Shown piece by piece: positions 13,519 through 26,677 of a DNA stretch of 64,000 nucleotides (positions are counted from its first letter, which is position 1; every line of letters starts with the position of its first letter). Made by a program: the position numbers and the translations under genes. The notes below the pieces were generated by a model. That model ran no database searches. It was not told where the DNA came from and saw nothing but the letters and a program-made list of their open reading frames with translations. The stretch lies in NCBI GenBank assembly GCA_964252035.1, contig OZ176209.1; one strand, 5' to 3'. The DNA comes from Podarcis erhardii (Eukaryota).

Positions 13519-14793
13519 GTTATTTATTAATCACCTTCCACATACATGTCTCAAGGTGATGTATAAATATAAGCAAAAAGGGAGAGCAAAATAATTATAA
13601 ACATCACAGAAAATAACAGCAGTCTTTTAAAAAAAGCAACAACAACCCACAAATAAACATACAAATAGACGCCCCTGGCAGCATGAACTACACACTCCAA
13701 AACATAGGATTGTGGCTTTAAAGCCCTAACCTGTTTTGCTATCTCAAACGGTTCAGCATGTAGTTAAGTATTACTGTGCAGTGACATTTAAGTGTGTAGT
13801 CACATGTCCCTGAACAGACACAGGGTATCAATCTGGAAAAAGTTAGGTACAGCGCAAGACTGAAATCATAAACATCTTATGTAGAAGTACCCTCCCTTAA
13901 AAGAAATGGGATTTATTTCTGAGTAAATGAACCAGGCAACTCGGCTTAGATTTATCTGTGTGGGCATAGGTGTGTGTGGAGCCCAGTAGTGGAGTGGGGT
14001 GGAGCCCTGGGTTTAAACAAATAGATCTGCTGTCCTAATATGCATTTTAAACCCTCATGAAGATTCATGTTAGCAATTGAGATAGGTTTTTCATTATCTT
14101 AATCGTATTATCCTTTACAAAATGTGCTTTCAATGTGTGCATGTCAGCAGGCTCTCTATATAATCCATGCCTGTTTGCAAACATATGTGTTTATAACACA
14201 TGCATAAACTTTCCTCCACATATTTCTATCAGTACAATGTAATGTCTATATTTGTCAACACTGATATCATAATCTTCACTTATTCTAGTTTCTGTGCTTC
14301 ATCATATCTAGTCTCTGGACTCTCTCTCTGGATTCCTCTTTCCTGAATATAAAAATGGTCAGATCACTTTGACCTGTGGTTTGTCTTAGCACAGCATATT
14401 TGAATTTTGGCTGCCAAGTGTATTAAAAAGTCAACTCCACTCAGTCTCAACAATTTTAGATATTAGAGATATTCAAAATGTTAGGTTGGCTGCTGTGGGC
14501 ACCCTAGCTAATAACTGTTCACATTTGTGTCCTTCATGAATTCCTAGAGTCATCGATCATTCTCAGTTACGTTGCTGACCTCTACTGCCTCTGGTTTTGC
14601 AAGTAAACTTTGTTCTCTGTGTTAGTGTTCCATTTTCAATTATTAAAAATAAACATATTTAAAATATTTTACAGTTTTTAACCTTTTGTGCCCTTGCAGT
14701 ATCTCCATTGGGTAAATCTCTCCCATTGTCTGATCCAGTGAGCCTATAAACCTTCAGGGATTTACACACAAGCTGGAAGCGCAAGCCAGTTTG

Positions 14794-14795
<2 letters not shown>

Positions 14796-14835
<40 letters not shown>
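14796..14835 (+). repeat. (AC)20 microsatellite
   Basis: Direct reading. Confidence 0.95.
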
Positions 14836-14838
<3 letters not shown>

Positions 14839-14925
14839 GGTGTGTAACACAAAATGAATAATGCCTCATAGATAAAACAGGCATGAAACATAGCCACTCT
14901 TGCACTCATCTTTCACCTGTAGCTC

Positions 14926-15440
14926 CTAGAAGCTGTCAATGTGCAACAGCAGCCACACCTCGGGAAATCGCTTTGACTGGCTGGCTAAACCAGGTAAGGG
15001 TAGCTGATGGGTCTCAAACCCTTGGTGAGTTAGGGACTCCCCCTGCATGCAAAGACAGCTTCCAGCAGTTTGAGTGGACAAGACCAATAGTGGGTCCAAC
15101 TGTCAAAAAGGTGGCTTCTGTCTTGTGGGATATCTTTAGGAGAAGAAAAAGCTGAGGAGTAAACCCTACACAAATCCAGAGTGGAGTCCCTAAGACAGTT
15201 GGGTGGCACCTTGTACAACTTATGGCATCTCCTGCAGCCTATCTGGTGCCAAACGTATTGCTCTGATTGCCTTTGGACCACATCAGCGAGGCCAAGAGGT
15301 GGGTCCAGGGCCATCATACACATTGCCCAGGCTTGCACCTCAGGGAGGTCACTTAGCTGCTGCTACCACAGCAATTTGACTTCACTTCCAGTGACATACT
15401 CCATTGTCTCTTGAGACTGACAGATGCCAACAGAAACAAC
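14926..15440 (+). mobile_element. Non-autonomous RTE-tailed retroposon, copy 2
   Basis: Colinear with 1415-2012 apart from indels; ends actccattgtctcttgagactgacagatgccaacag. Confidence 0.6.
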
Positions 15441-16994
15441 AAAAGATAACCAGATAACCAGGAGCTCTGTGTTCAAAGTGGCATTATATTAGCCTCCAGA
15501 ATTACAGCAGTAAACGGAATTTGTCAAGGGTGCCGAGTGTATGTATGTTAGACTAGAGGAATGTAGCTCATAAGGACTGAAACATATGCCAATATCACAG
15601 AGTGCTTGAGAGCTTATTCACACACATCAGTGACACTAAAGTCTTTCTCAGTTGCTGTAGCCTTTTAAGAATTCTGCTGAAGAGTTGGCAAATGATAGAG
15701 GATGCTTTAAGGAGATTATCTCCCAGTCATATTCTCTCTCTCTCTCTCTTTCTCTTTCCTCCTCCCATGCATATACAGACATTTTCAAACTTCTCTGAAG
15801 TTTGCAATAGAATTCTTGGTTCAAAAACATACCAATAAATGTATTAAAAATAAATCTTTCGATGTAAAAAGGAATATTTTAGGGTAAAATACACACAAAA
15901 ATGTATCTTGGGGAAAAATAGACATTAAAAACAATACACATTTTAAAGAGGTTTTAAAGAATTACAGATTGAGGTGGAAACATGATGGAATAGAATGGCA
16001 AAACTGACACTGACAAAGAACCAGGCTTTATCCACCTCAACTCTGGAGCAATGTTATGTCAGGGCTTCAGAGACATTGTGGGGAAATTAAAATGAAGCCA
16101 CTCAGAGGAGTGTTGAGTTCAAGTGGCTATAGACAGCATTTTTAGTCAGTGGCTAGGTAAACAGTCGTCCTGAGGGCTCAGGCCATTGGCAACTGCCCAA
16201 CAGCATTAACTGTGTCTAAGCATTGGTATTCGATTATTGGATCATGGTCCAGCTGGAGACCCTGCCTGAGCAAAGATGGGACATGCCAGGTGTATTAAGC
16301 ACCTCTTTTGGAGATAAGAAAGAGAGAGGTAGAGAAAGATGGAGAAAGAGAAGGTGAAAGAGAGAAAATGCAGTCTTGATAGATATGATGAACATAACAA
16401 TATTGTATTAGATATGCACACATTAAAAGTGGGGTCTGTTTTTCATCTTAGGGTTATCACTGTGGTGGGCAGTAATCTAGAGGAGAGTGTTTTTTTAGGA
16501 TGCCCAGACCAAACCATTGTGGTCACATAACAAAAATGTTAAAACATAATGCCTAGCTAAAAAATAATAACCCACTCTTGTCGAGTGACTTATGAATAAA
16601 TTTGTCTATGCTGCAGTTAGAGGTCTGCCCTGACAAATGCGGCCAAAAATGATAATCTGTCTTTTAATCTTAAAATGTTTGATTTCAGTGATTCCTTGTT
16701 TTATGGTTACTTATTTCCTACTTCCATTAGAAGTTGTAAAATATTCAATTGAAGCAGTAGAACGTCATGTTGTCACATGACACTGCATTTAGAATAGCAG
16801 TGTAGCCTGCATATTGGCTTTGTTTTTTCTAGATTCTATGTGTGCTACCTGGTGCTAGTTTAGGACATCAGCTTGTCTAGAGCCCTCTCTCTCATTTTTT
16901 AAATATAACATATCCTTGTCATTCCAAAGAGGAGGAAATGTGCAGATAGCATTCTGTCCAATTGTTTAATAAGAATAATGTTCTCTCCTGCCTT

Positions 16995-17160
16995 GCAGCC
17001 AGCAAGGGGAAACTACTGTTTAGGGAAGTTTTAAATGTTTGATGTTTTGTTGTTGTTGTTTATTAATAATATTCTGTTGGGAGCTGCCTAGAGTGGCTGG
17101 GGAAACCCAGCCAGATGGGTTGGGCATAAATAATAAGTTGTTGTTGTAGTTGTTGTTACT
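16995..17160 (+). mobile_element. L2-type LINE 3' end fragment
   Basis: gggagctgcctagagtggctggggaaacccagccagatgggttgggcataaataataa followed by a simple-repeat tail. Confidence 0.6.
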
Positions 17161-17930
17161 GTTGTGATAGACATCAATTGACCAGTGGGGAAGCAGAGCT
17201 GAATCATGGTGGAAAACAATGTGATTTGAAATAAAATTCTCCTAGAGTAGCAATATATTCCCATAATTAAAACTACTCAGTATCCCTTTCTACATCTCTG
17301 ACCATTGACTGTACTGATTGAGGCTGATGCGTGTTGTAGTCCAGAACACATGGAGGGCACCAAGTTGGGGAAGATAGAGATTTTGGTTCAGAAAGGTGGG
17401 ACTGTTCAACAGGTGGTGGTGTCCTTGTGGGCCAAAATTTCCTACAAGGAATCAGTCCAATGTGGTAGGCTTCTCCATGCCCCTTCCAGATTTATGTGCT
17501 ACACTTTCAATGTTTCAAGTGTGTGGAAATAAGTAATATAGTCTGGTCCCCGTCCCCATTGACCCGTGCAGTATTTTATATTGTGGTCCAGTCTAAAGAA
17601 TATGGCCAAGGATGCTTTAAAACCTTTGTGATAGGGTAAGATTCACACGTCTCTTGCTTGTATGATATATGTTTCTCTGCTGGAGCTTGTGGGATGTGTT
17701 GCATGCGGCACAATTGGTGGAATGATTGGGATATGGATGGACAACTAGAAAAGAGGTACAAAGTTCATTTTAAAATCCAAGTCAAAGTATCTGGTTTGTA
17801 ATTATTTTGAAGGCTGGCTGAAATCTGTTACTCTGTACTACAGGTGTATGCAATTATTACCAACATTTTACTCTGCTAATTATGAAGCCATCAGATTTCC
17901 TCCTGACCAAGGCTATGCTTTACAAACACA

Positions 17931-18268
17931 GGGCTCATCCACACTTAGTTTTTGCCCCACACTTTCTAGGTACAGGTTTTCTCTTTAAAGCTTCATATCT
18001 GAGCACTCCCCCCCCCCCGACCCATTGCTTTTCCCAGGAAAACTTGCCATTTAACGCTGAATCAGAACAAAAGGCAATTCAGGTTATCTGTAGATTGCTG
18101 CAATTCAGGTTACCTGTGGGTTGCTGTTTGTTCTGATTTAGCAGTAAAGAGTAGGTTTTTACAGGGAAAGTGCTCCCCCCCCAAAAAAAAACACACGCTC
18201 TGACATAGAGCTTTAAAAAGTGGACCTGTGCTTAGAAATATGGCACAAAAGGAAGTCTGGATGGTTCC
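17931..18268. mobile_element. Long imperfect palindromic element (fold-back MITE-like)
   Basis: Arms of about 150 bp are reverse-complementary (gggctcatccacactt... / ...aagtctggatggttcc; aatcagaacaaa / tttgttctgatt). Confidence 0.7.
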
Positions 18269-18920
18269 TAAAGAGAGATGGCTTTGTTTTTGGTGCATAA
18301 CTGCAGAAGGGTCATGGTTTAAGAGGGCAGTGAATAAGCTAAAATGGTCACATTTTCTCCTTTTGCATGACTGAGGAGCAGGTGCATGTACTGTTGAAGC
18401 AGCAGAAGCAGGGGACAGTAGGACGCACAAGCCTGTCATGTCTGTCCCCAGCAGAATTTGTTGGGCTCTCAGACTCAGAAAGGAAATGGAGGCAGAACAA
18501 ATGAGAAAGACCACTCTTTCATGGCATGAGCCAACTTCCCCAGTTTTTGCGGTATGTGCCAGGAGCAAATGCACAACTATTAGAGGAAAATGCTAAGTGA
18601 ATGTGCTAGATTTGCATAATTAGCTAGCAGTTTGCATAATGTGCAAGTTAGGCTTTCCAAATTTGGGTGGCTGGGGTGCAGCAACCCTAAGTACATCATT
18701 TCGCATTAAAGGATACATTAATGGTGGGTTCCATTTGGCATGGTGGATCATAAGTTGTGCAGGCCTGGCTTAGTTGCATCGGTTGCTTGCTGGGGAAGCG
18801 TAGCTGTCGCTGTGACAGTTCTAGTACTAATGCAGAATTTGTTTTCCATAATACTGGGCTCTGTGAAGTTGCTGCTTGGCTTGTATTTTGAAAAGCATCA
18901 CTGAAATACTTTGATTACCT

Positions 18921-19078
18921 CAGTGGCGTAGCGTGGGGGGTGCAGGGGGGGCCAGCCGCACCGGGCGCAACATCTGGGGGTTAGGGTTAGGGATAGGGTT
19001 AGGGGGCGCAAATCCAGGGTTAGGGGGCGCAAATTACTTGCCTTGCCCCGGGTGCTGACAACCCACGCTACGCCACTG
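18921..19078. mobile_element. 158-bp hAT-type MITE with 17-bp perfect TIRs, 8-bp TSD GATTACCT and internal TTAGGG repeats
   Basis: CAGTGGCGTAGCGTGGG ... CCCACGCTACGCCACTG; gattacct at 18913-18920 and 19079-19086. Confidence 0.93.
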
Positions 19079-19544
19079 GATTACCTTGTTTCTGGGCAAG
19101 GCCATTTGATTCATGTGGTCTTACCCTAACCTGTTACAATGAGAGGTGTAATATCTCATGAACAGGCAAAGCAACATGATATAGTACCCACTAGTATTGC
19201 TTAATATGAGCTATTTGGGGGGACTATTTAAGGTTTATTATGTCCAGCCTCCTCACTTGTCCCTCAGGCTTTGGGCAGTTTACAATTTAAAGCTAATAGG
19301 TATTTAAATAAAAACTGATAAGCTTTAATGTCTAGCTTCCTTTCCTGTCCCTCAGGCTTGAGGCAATTTATAACTAATAAGCATTCTTATAAAACCAGGC
19401 TACTCTTAAAAAATTATCCCTAAACAAAGTGTATTAATGCTCATTAAATTGTTAAGTGTCCCAAGACTGAGGCACTGGAAAGGAGACTAGACTTTTAAAT
19501 AAATAAATGTTATCTTCCTATTTTTGGAAATGGGCCACTTAATA

Positions 19545-19742
19545 TGAGCTCCAAGCCAGGAAGTCCCTAGTTCAAAACTCACCTCAGCCTCAAACTCTCT
19601 AGGTGGCCTTAAGTAAGGCACCGTTTTCTCAGCCCTTATTTGTAATATGTGGATAACAGTACTGGTTTACCTTACAGGGTTATTGTAAAGACTGCTGGGG
19701 AAATATAGCTGAAGCACTTTAATGCACTATATCAGTGCTGTT
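19545..19742 (+). mobile_element. MIR/Ther1-like CORE SINE, degraded
   Basis: ctagttcaaaactcacctcagcc...ccttacagggttattgtaaaga...gaagcactttaatgcactatat. Confidence 0.55.
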
Positions 19743-20764
19743 GGCAATACTCAAGCAACAAGCCAGTGATGAGATCAGGCCCAGTGTAAAGCACCCAGTA
19801 TACTTGAGCAGCTGCAAGAGTCCACACGTCCTGGAAGAGTCCACCATGCCTCCCCTCCCCTTTCCCACCATCAGTTGGGCCCCCCTAGGAGCATTGTGCT
19901 GACACTGGCAGTGCCATGCAGGTGACAACACCGTTGGTGAGTGTGATGGCAAAACCTACCTATGAACTAGCCAGAATCCATGGAAAAATCTCTTGTGATG
20001 CTTTCAACAAAGCTATAAGTCATTCCCAGATGTTCTTCCAAATGAATGAAGATGCAGAATCTGCCAGAGAAACTGTTTGTTGTGAGTTGCATTCCCAGTT
20101 CCGCTCCCAGGGGAATGCTTGAAGGAGGGAAGTTTCTGATCCGTTCTACCTTTGAATTAGCAGTCCATATGCTCATGTTAAGCATGAACATCATCATTAG
20201 CTCAGTAAACCATTGCGCTAAGGCATTTAATTAGAAATGACAATCCTCACCATATCAAGCATTTCTACAGTCTTCTAAAAATTACATCTAAGTTCATGCC
20301 ATAATTTGAGCCAGAGCTCACTCTGAGACTTTTTTAGCGCCAGCTCTCAGTTGTGGAACATATGATTGCGTATTAACTCTTGGTTTGTGCCACTCTATAA
20401 CCCTTTGGCATTAAGGGTCAGGTTTAAAGAAGTGGAAAGTAGAATGCAAATGATTTAAGATTTGACATGGCAATTAATTTTTAGGGCCTCTGCTATGAGT
20501 GTTCAGCCTGACACCTCCAATATTTAACTCTCCCTAAGCAATTGCAATTCCATGGTCATCATATGGATTATTGAATAACTGAGTAACTGACTGGGTGGAT
20601 TATTGATCGTGCTTTAGTGAAGTCCTCAGAATGGCTCAAAATATTAATGAATTGCAATTAATACATTAAAAGCAATACACTCAAAACCAAGCAAACTATA
20701 AACAGACCACCTGGGGCAAGAGAGGGCAGCTGGTGTTTTTTGTGTCTGCTTCCCTCTCTCTATT

Positions 20765-21000
20765 GTTTGTTTTAAAAATTAATTTATATCCTACCCTTCT
20801 TCCCAGAGGAGCCCATGGTGAGAAACACTGAGGTGATAAAACAGTTCAAATGTCTAAAAATACCTAAAAGCAATTCCAATGCAGATGGAGACCAGGAAAG
20901 ATTTCCACTTAAAAGGTTTGTCGAAAGAGGAAAGACTTCAGTTGGTGCCAAAAAGACAACAGAAATGGCACTAATCCTTCCCACAGTGCCTTACTACTGA
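20765..21000 (-). mobile_element. L2-type LINE fragment, antisense
   Basis: tttatatcctacccttcttcccagaggagccc tail and aggaaagacttcagttggtgccaaaaagacaacagaaatggc; recalled consensus only. Confidence 0.45.
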
Positions 21001-23104
21001 TTTACAAAATCTTGCCATTCAAGACTTGTCATTCCCTCCTTGAAACCCAACCAGAACAGTGATGAGGAAATGTTGGAGGTATCTAAGATCAGAAAAATAA
21101 GTCAGATCAGTTGCAATGTGGAGTCTTGAGAGTCTTCCAGACTTAGGTTGAAAATCAGTGTCCATTTGAAGTCTTCTTGTTTCACTCTGAGCTCCTCCAG
21201 GTTACTTGTTTATTGAGTTTTCATCTTGATTTGCTTGTACAAAGCTTGCATGGAAATTAGATTATAACCTGTCTTTATTGACCTTTTATTCTTATTTGTT
21301 CTTGAGAACAGTGTGTGACAATGAGCCTTCATCCTGCATTCATCATCATTTCTTTACGCAGTGTTTATACATCTTCCTATTAATAATTTGTTCACTCTAC
21401 ATTTCAGTGCATTCTTTTTTAAAAGTGGATTTCTTGCACTAGGGCAACAGAACGGCTTAATCACTTTAATACAACAAGCCTAAAGTTCCCGGTATGCGTT
21501 TAAATCCCAGTCCACAATAGTGTCAGTCTGGAGGCATCCCCTTCTTCCACTGTTATCTAAACTGTCTCCAAGAAGTAGCCTGCTGAAACGTACTCCCCAT
21601 GGCATATAAAAGGCTGGTTACAACTGTTTGTCATCTGAAACTCTTTCAAGATAAAGGGATTCCGATTCCAGAGATTCCCAGGCTTTTTCAAAATGGTGGC
21701 CATCACAGCTCCTGAAGAGTAATTGTGATAAAGAAGCATTTACCAGGGCAAAAAGGACTAATCCAGTGTGCTGTGATAGATGGTGGGTGAGTCAGATTGG
21801 GAATAACAGATTCTGTTGTGACTGAAACCCAGAGTAACAGGACAGCACTAATTCTAAGCGCTAGCATAGAGCACATGTATATATTGTTTAGTAGAACAGA
21901 GGCAGCTGAGTTGGACAAGTTACTGCTTGCCTTCCTGTTCAGTGCAGAGAAATACAATTCTCTCCATCCCTAATATGGAGAAAAAAATAATACCCAATGT
22001 GAATCAGGGTGAGGGATTCCATATGAGATTGGAGAAACCGTTTTCAGTTCTAGCCAGGAACAGTTGCATGTGGGTGGCAGCTTATCACCAGCCTTGCCAA
22101 TTTTAATCCAAATCCCAATTTTTGTCTCTCTCAGCTGCAGAGGAAAAGGTCTTCTCCATAGGCACTTTAATTTTCTGCAGAGGTTAATCGTGTAGTCAGT
22201 AGTGGCTCAGGGATTTAATCCCCCCTTGTTTAGCCCCTTGACAGAAGGTTTGTGTCCATTCTGAGGTCAGCAGAAGTGATGGAGAGATCAGCTTTCTTTG
22301 CACAGCACACACTCTATATTTGCCCATGAATTTATTTGGGAGACTTTGAACACATGCAATTCCTTCCCACATTTCTTCCTTTGGGGGATGAGGTGGCATT
22401 GCACGTTGCAGTTAGGAGAAAGGGCTGTCGCTTGGGAACCCTAGCTCTGGTTATATCATTTCCCCACATAATTGTACTAAATTCTCAGCTCTGCAAATGC
22501 TAAGAGGCTTTTCTTTAGTTTAATGCTATGTGTAACAAAAACGGAGTGGGGGGGAATAGGAAGAATGTGGTGAAATGACTTTTAATTGTGGCTTTTAGAT
22601 TATGACACCTATGAGAAGAAATAAGCCTCAGGAACTCTGAAAGTAACGGTCTACCATTTACTGGTGCTTTCTTCTATTTTAGATAAAATTATTTGAGCAA
22701 TGTAAAGCAAGTGAGATGAAACATTTTTTGGGACCAACAAGTGTTTAAAATACGATGTTCTGTTTTTTGGCTGGATGTCTGAGGTGGAGTAGGGGAAGAC
22801 AGGGAGATTTCTGTGCCATGACTTCAGCCCATCTTACTCCATGACTTTGCAGAATTTTTTTCAGCTCCCAAAACTGAGTGGGAATGTTAGAACTGACAAG
22901 TGCTGAAAAGTTGCAATGGATGAAAATTTCAGTCTCACTTGTATTGCTACAATTCAACATTTATTTATCACAGTCTTTTGCTCTTGACTGCATAGAATAT
23001 AAAAAGTAATATGACCCCAGCTTATAGGACTTGCACTAGCTGCAATTCAAAAATTTTCTTTAAGTAACTGTGTAAGTAACATAGCTACCTTTGTGTGTGG
23101 GAGT

Positions 23105-23165
23105 ACAGAAATTGTAGGATTGGAAGGTACACCAAGGGTCATCTAGTCCAACCCCCTGGGGATTG
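23105..23165 (-). mobile_element. CR1 3' tail fragment
   Basis: ttggaaggtacaccaagggtcatctagtccaaccccctg. Confidence 0.6.
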
Positions 23166-24362
23166 GAATTTTGGGTTCCTTTGACAAGGCATGCTACACC
23201 TGCCACACTGAGACTGCATCCAGATAGTGGTGGTAGGTCTGCCACGGGGTGCATTGCAGGAAATTGGTCTTCAAATGTACATCAGGAGTACACTTATTGT
23301 TCATGAAGACAAGGACAGATTTAAAGAAGGAGCAGTGTGAGAAAAGGGAGAGGCGGTTCAAGCAGTGCCTAAATCTAGGCTTCAACTTTGATATAAGATT
23401 TTAGATTAAAATACTTTATCTCTTCATTTTTGTTGCCTGGTGTTCAGTCTACTAGACCACACCTTTGCCCTGTGGCACATTTGTTGTTTAGAAAACTCCT
23501 GCTGCGACTTCTGGCACTGTGTCTGAGCTTGGAGGCAAATAAGCAGATTTCCATGACAACACCTGCCTGTTCTTATTAAATCATACAGGGGGCCAAGCAA
23601 TTCCAGAGTCAGAAAAGCTTCATATAACCTGTTCCCTTTATGCATGTGGCATTTCATGCTAGCATATCTCCAGTGTGCGGTGCAATACATAAAGAACACT
23701 GACTGCTGTGCAGAACAGAAAGGCATAGATGGCAGAATGAGATGGCATAGATAGGAGTAGAAATGGCATGTGGCTATGTGTGGACCCTTTCTGTAGTAGA
23801 TATGAAAGTGTGGTTTTTAAATCAGAGAACAAATGAATATTTATTATGTACCATAAGTCATCACAGCAAGAAAGGGAATATGAATCAGAAAGTGGTGGTG
23901 ACCCAATATGAGCCTTGGGAAAAACAAGACTTCCAACCCCCATTCCCAACAAATATTCTTACTGCATTGCTTCTGAATTCTGATTTGAAACTTGGGCAGC
24001 CATTCTGAAATATGACATAGTACTTATGAGGAATCCACTTATCCTTAAACAAAAAAGCATTAAATATATCCATATTCTTTCAAATTTCTCGCGTCTATTT
24101 ACATGGATTCTTGAAATATTTTGACCACTTTCTTGCACCAAACAAACAATTATTGTGACATTTTAGTTTTTTCACACCAATCCGTTTTCATTCTCCCAAG
24201 CAAAGCACTTATATGCCTTTAGACTACAGAACCCATGCTGTGCAATCACAAGAAAACTGTTGATGTGTACAGCCTATTGTTTATGCTGGTTTAAAACAGC
24301 ACAAAGCATGATGCAATAGACCACTAAAACCTTTAGAGTTTTTCCATACTGCTGTATTATCA

Positions 24363-24649
24363 CTAGCCCCTACCCTGAAACAGTCATGTGATAGGCCATT
24401 CTTTATTACCTGCAACCTCATATCTTGTACCTTGGGAACTCCAAGAAAGCAAACAATCATAGCTGTTCTTAAACTGGTGGTTAAAATAATGCAGTTCTGA
24501 AAAATTCAGTCTGACATCTTGATCCAAATGTATCCAAACATAGAAGAAAACCTTCTCCTTGGTCTCAGGAACTACCATGCAAAATTTGGTTGTGATATCT
24601 TGACAGGTGTCCAGATACAAACAAACAACTTTCCGAAATGTGTATTAGA
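24363..24649 (-). mobile_element. Probable non-autonomous Helitron, copy 1
   Basis: Minus strand A|TC...CTAG|T boundaries; shares catcttgatccaaatg, aatttggttgtgat...gtcca and ctttcc...tagat with 54457-54703; no TSD. Confidence 0.55.
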
Positions 24650-26271
24650 TTTACAGTATTTATTTATTTTACAACTTCATGAACTGCTTCACAGCCTGAA
24701 GTCATCAAAGTGGCATACAACAAGATAAAAATGAAATGCAACACATACAAAACCTGCAAGTTCTATAAAAAAACCATTTCCATAAACTCTAAAGCAATAC
24801 AACAATTCCTACAAAGTCTAAAAGCAATACAACAATTTCTACAGATCTAAACTTAATGTTTGATAAGTGATTGGGTCACATAAAGCTTTCTTAAACAAAA
24901 TTGTCCTCAGTATATGCATAAACATCATGATGCCAAAGTGCTAGTCACTAATCCTACATCATGCATGGTCGGAAGACTTGCTGCCAGGAAGATTTTGGGG
25001 GAGGGAAGGAAGGGAATCTCAGTCAACATAGAATCACAGCACTGGAGAAAGATAGCATCAACCTCCCACGAAAATAAATATAATCAATTTTTTAAAGCAA
25101 ATGGCCACAAAATGGTAGGGCTATGAGGAAGGAGCTGGTATTCACCTTTTTGAAAAAGAGATAAAAGCTCACACATTTGAGTGAGGCCATGTGGGAGCAA
25201 TTAAATTCTTGATAATTAAACACTCTAAAATGGTGCAGATACTGGTGCAGTGGCTGGGAAACAGTTGTGTTCTACAAAGCATTCATAAATCTGGTGAGTG
25301 TGCTAGCAGGGGTGTGTGTTAAACATAACATTTTCCAATGACAGAGTTGCAATTTAAATATCCCTGTAAGCAGAAATGCATCATTAAAAGGATACATGGC
25401 TTCTGCATATTTGAGGGGCAGCTGTACAATTTTTTTCCTACCAAAAATTACAAGAGAAAAAGGCCCAAATGGTTCTTTCTTACATATGTCACTTTCATTC
25501 CTGGGAGCAGAACAATGAGAATCTTGACACTTTGAAAGCTTTCTAGTTTATCAATCCTTAATTCCAGTATGCTTCACCCTAGTCCAATTGGCCTCACTTT
25601 TCCTGTCCCCCATCTGATCAGAGTTATCATCATATGAAAAGCTGTGAGCCATTTTGCCAGCCAAGGAGAAAGGCGGTTTGGGAAGAGTGAGCGAATAGTG
25701 AAGGGCCACACTTCAGACTTGAAGTCTGTTAGAAACTGGATAGCTGCCTCTGTGTTTTGTGGGGGCTTTTGCGCATAAAGTCATCACCACAGACATCAAG
25801 ATACGGAATAGCAAAAGATGTCAACAATAATATGGCAGCCACTTTTCATTCCTAAGGGGTTTTTTAAATCTGCATTTACAGCTGCTAGCAAAGTTCCCAG
25901 AGGAAGGCTCACCCTCCTCCTTAAATTGCACTATATTTATACTGAACTCTGAAAAGGACTTTTGCTTATTCCTCTTTCTGCCTCAATTAGCTTCATGAAT
26001 TTGCTTCACTTGATTTACCGCTGTGGTATAAGCACACTGCATGCCACAACTCGGAAGAAGCCTTAAGCATCTCCAGCAGGTTCCACAGGGGACATTCTAA
26101 CCCCCCAGAGTGTTCCTTGAGATGCCCGTGCAGAACCCATGTGATACACACTAAAGCCAACTGCTTCAGAAGGACAATTAAGAGACCATCAGGGAAGTGG
26201 GAAGTGCTTTGAAATGCTGCCATATGGCTCATCAGAATGGCTCCTCTTTCCTCACAGCCCATGCCTTCAGG

Positions 26272-26463
26272 GGAAGTGCCATGACTCAGTGGTGCATGAT
26301 TTGCATGGAAAATACTCCTGGGTTCAACTCCCAGCATCTCTACATATTGTTGCGGGAGCTCCCTGCCTGAAATGCTGGAGAACTACTGCCAGTCAGTGCA
26401 GACAGTGCTTTGCTAGATGGACCCAATGGTTAGACTCAATGTAAGGCAGTATCCTATATTCCT
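26272..26463 (+). mobile_element. tRNA-derived SINE (family as 8915)
   Basis: gactcagtggt...ctgggttcaactcccagcatctc...ctgccagtcagtgcagac...aaggcagtatcctatattcct. Confidence 0.75.
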
Positions 26464-26591
26464 AATGCTTTGTAAACTGGCCAAGGTATCCAGGTCTCAT
26501 ATTTTGAGACTCCACAAGATTGAAGTATATAAAATGCTTGTGGATGCTCCCAGTTTGCCAGTCCTGAAGGATTTGTCTACTTTTAAGAGAC

Positions 26592-26677
26592 TTAGGCTGC
26601 AATCCTGTACACACTTACTTGGGAACTCAACTACTTCTGAGTAAACATGCGTAGGATTTTGCTGTAAATGGCTGCAG
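26592..26677. repeat. Short palindromic squamate repeat (gcaatcct...aggatt); related fragments at about 6455-6540, 13855-13935 and 35460-35510
   Basis: taggctgcaatcctgtacacacttacttggga...ttctgagtaaacatgcgtaggatt. Confidence 0.5.

Noticed and set aside
18981-19025. Chromosome-fusion or true interstitial telomere
   Set aside because: Only four perfect units, one orientation, entirely inside a TIR/TSD-bounded MITE
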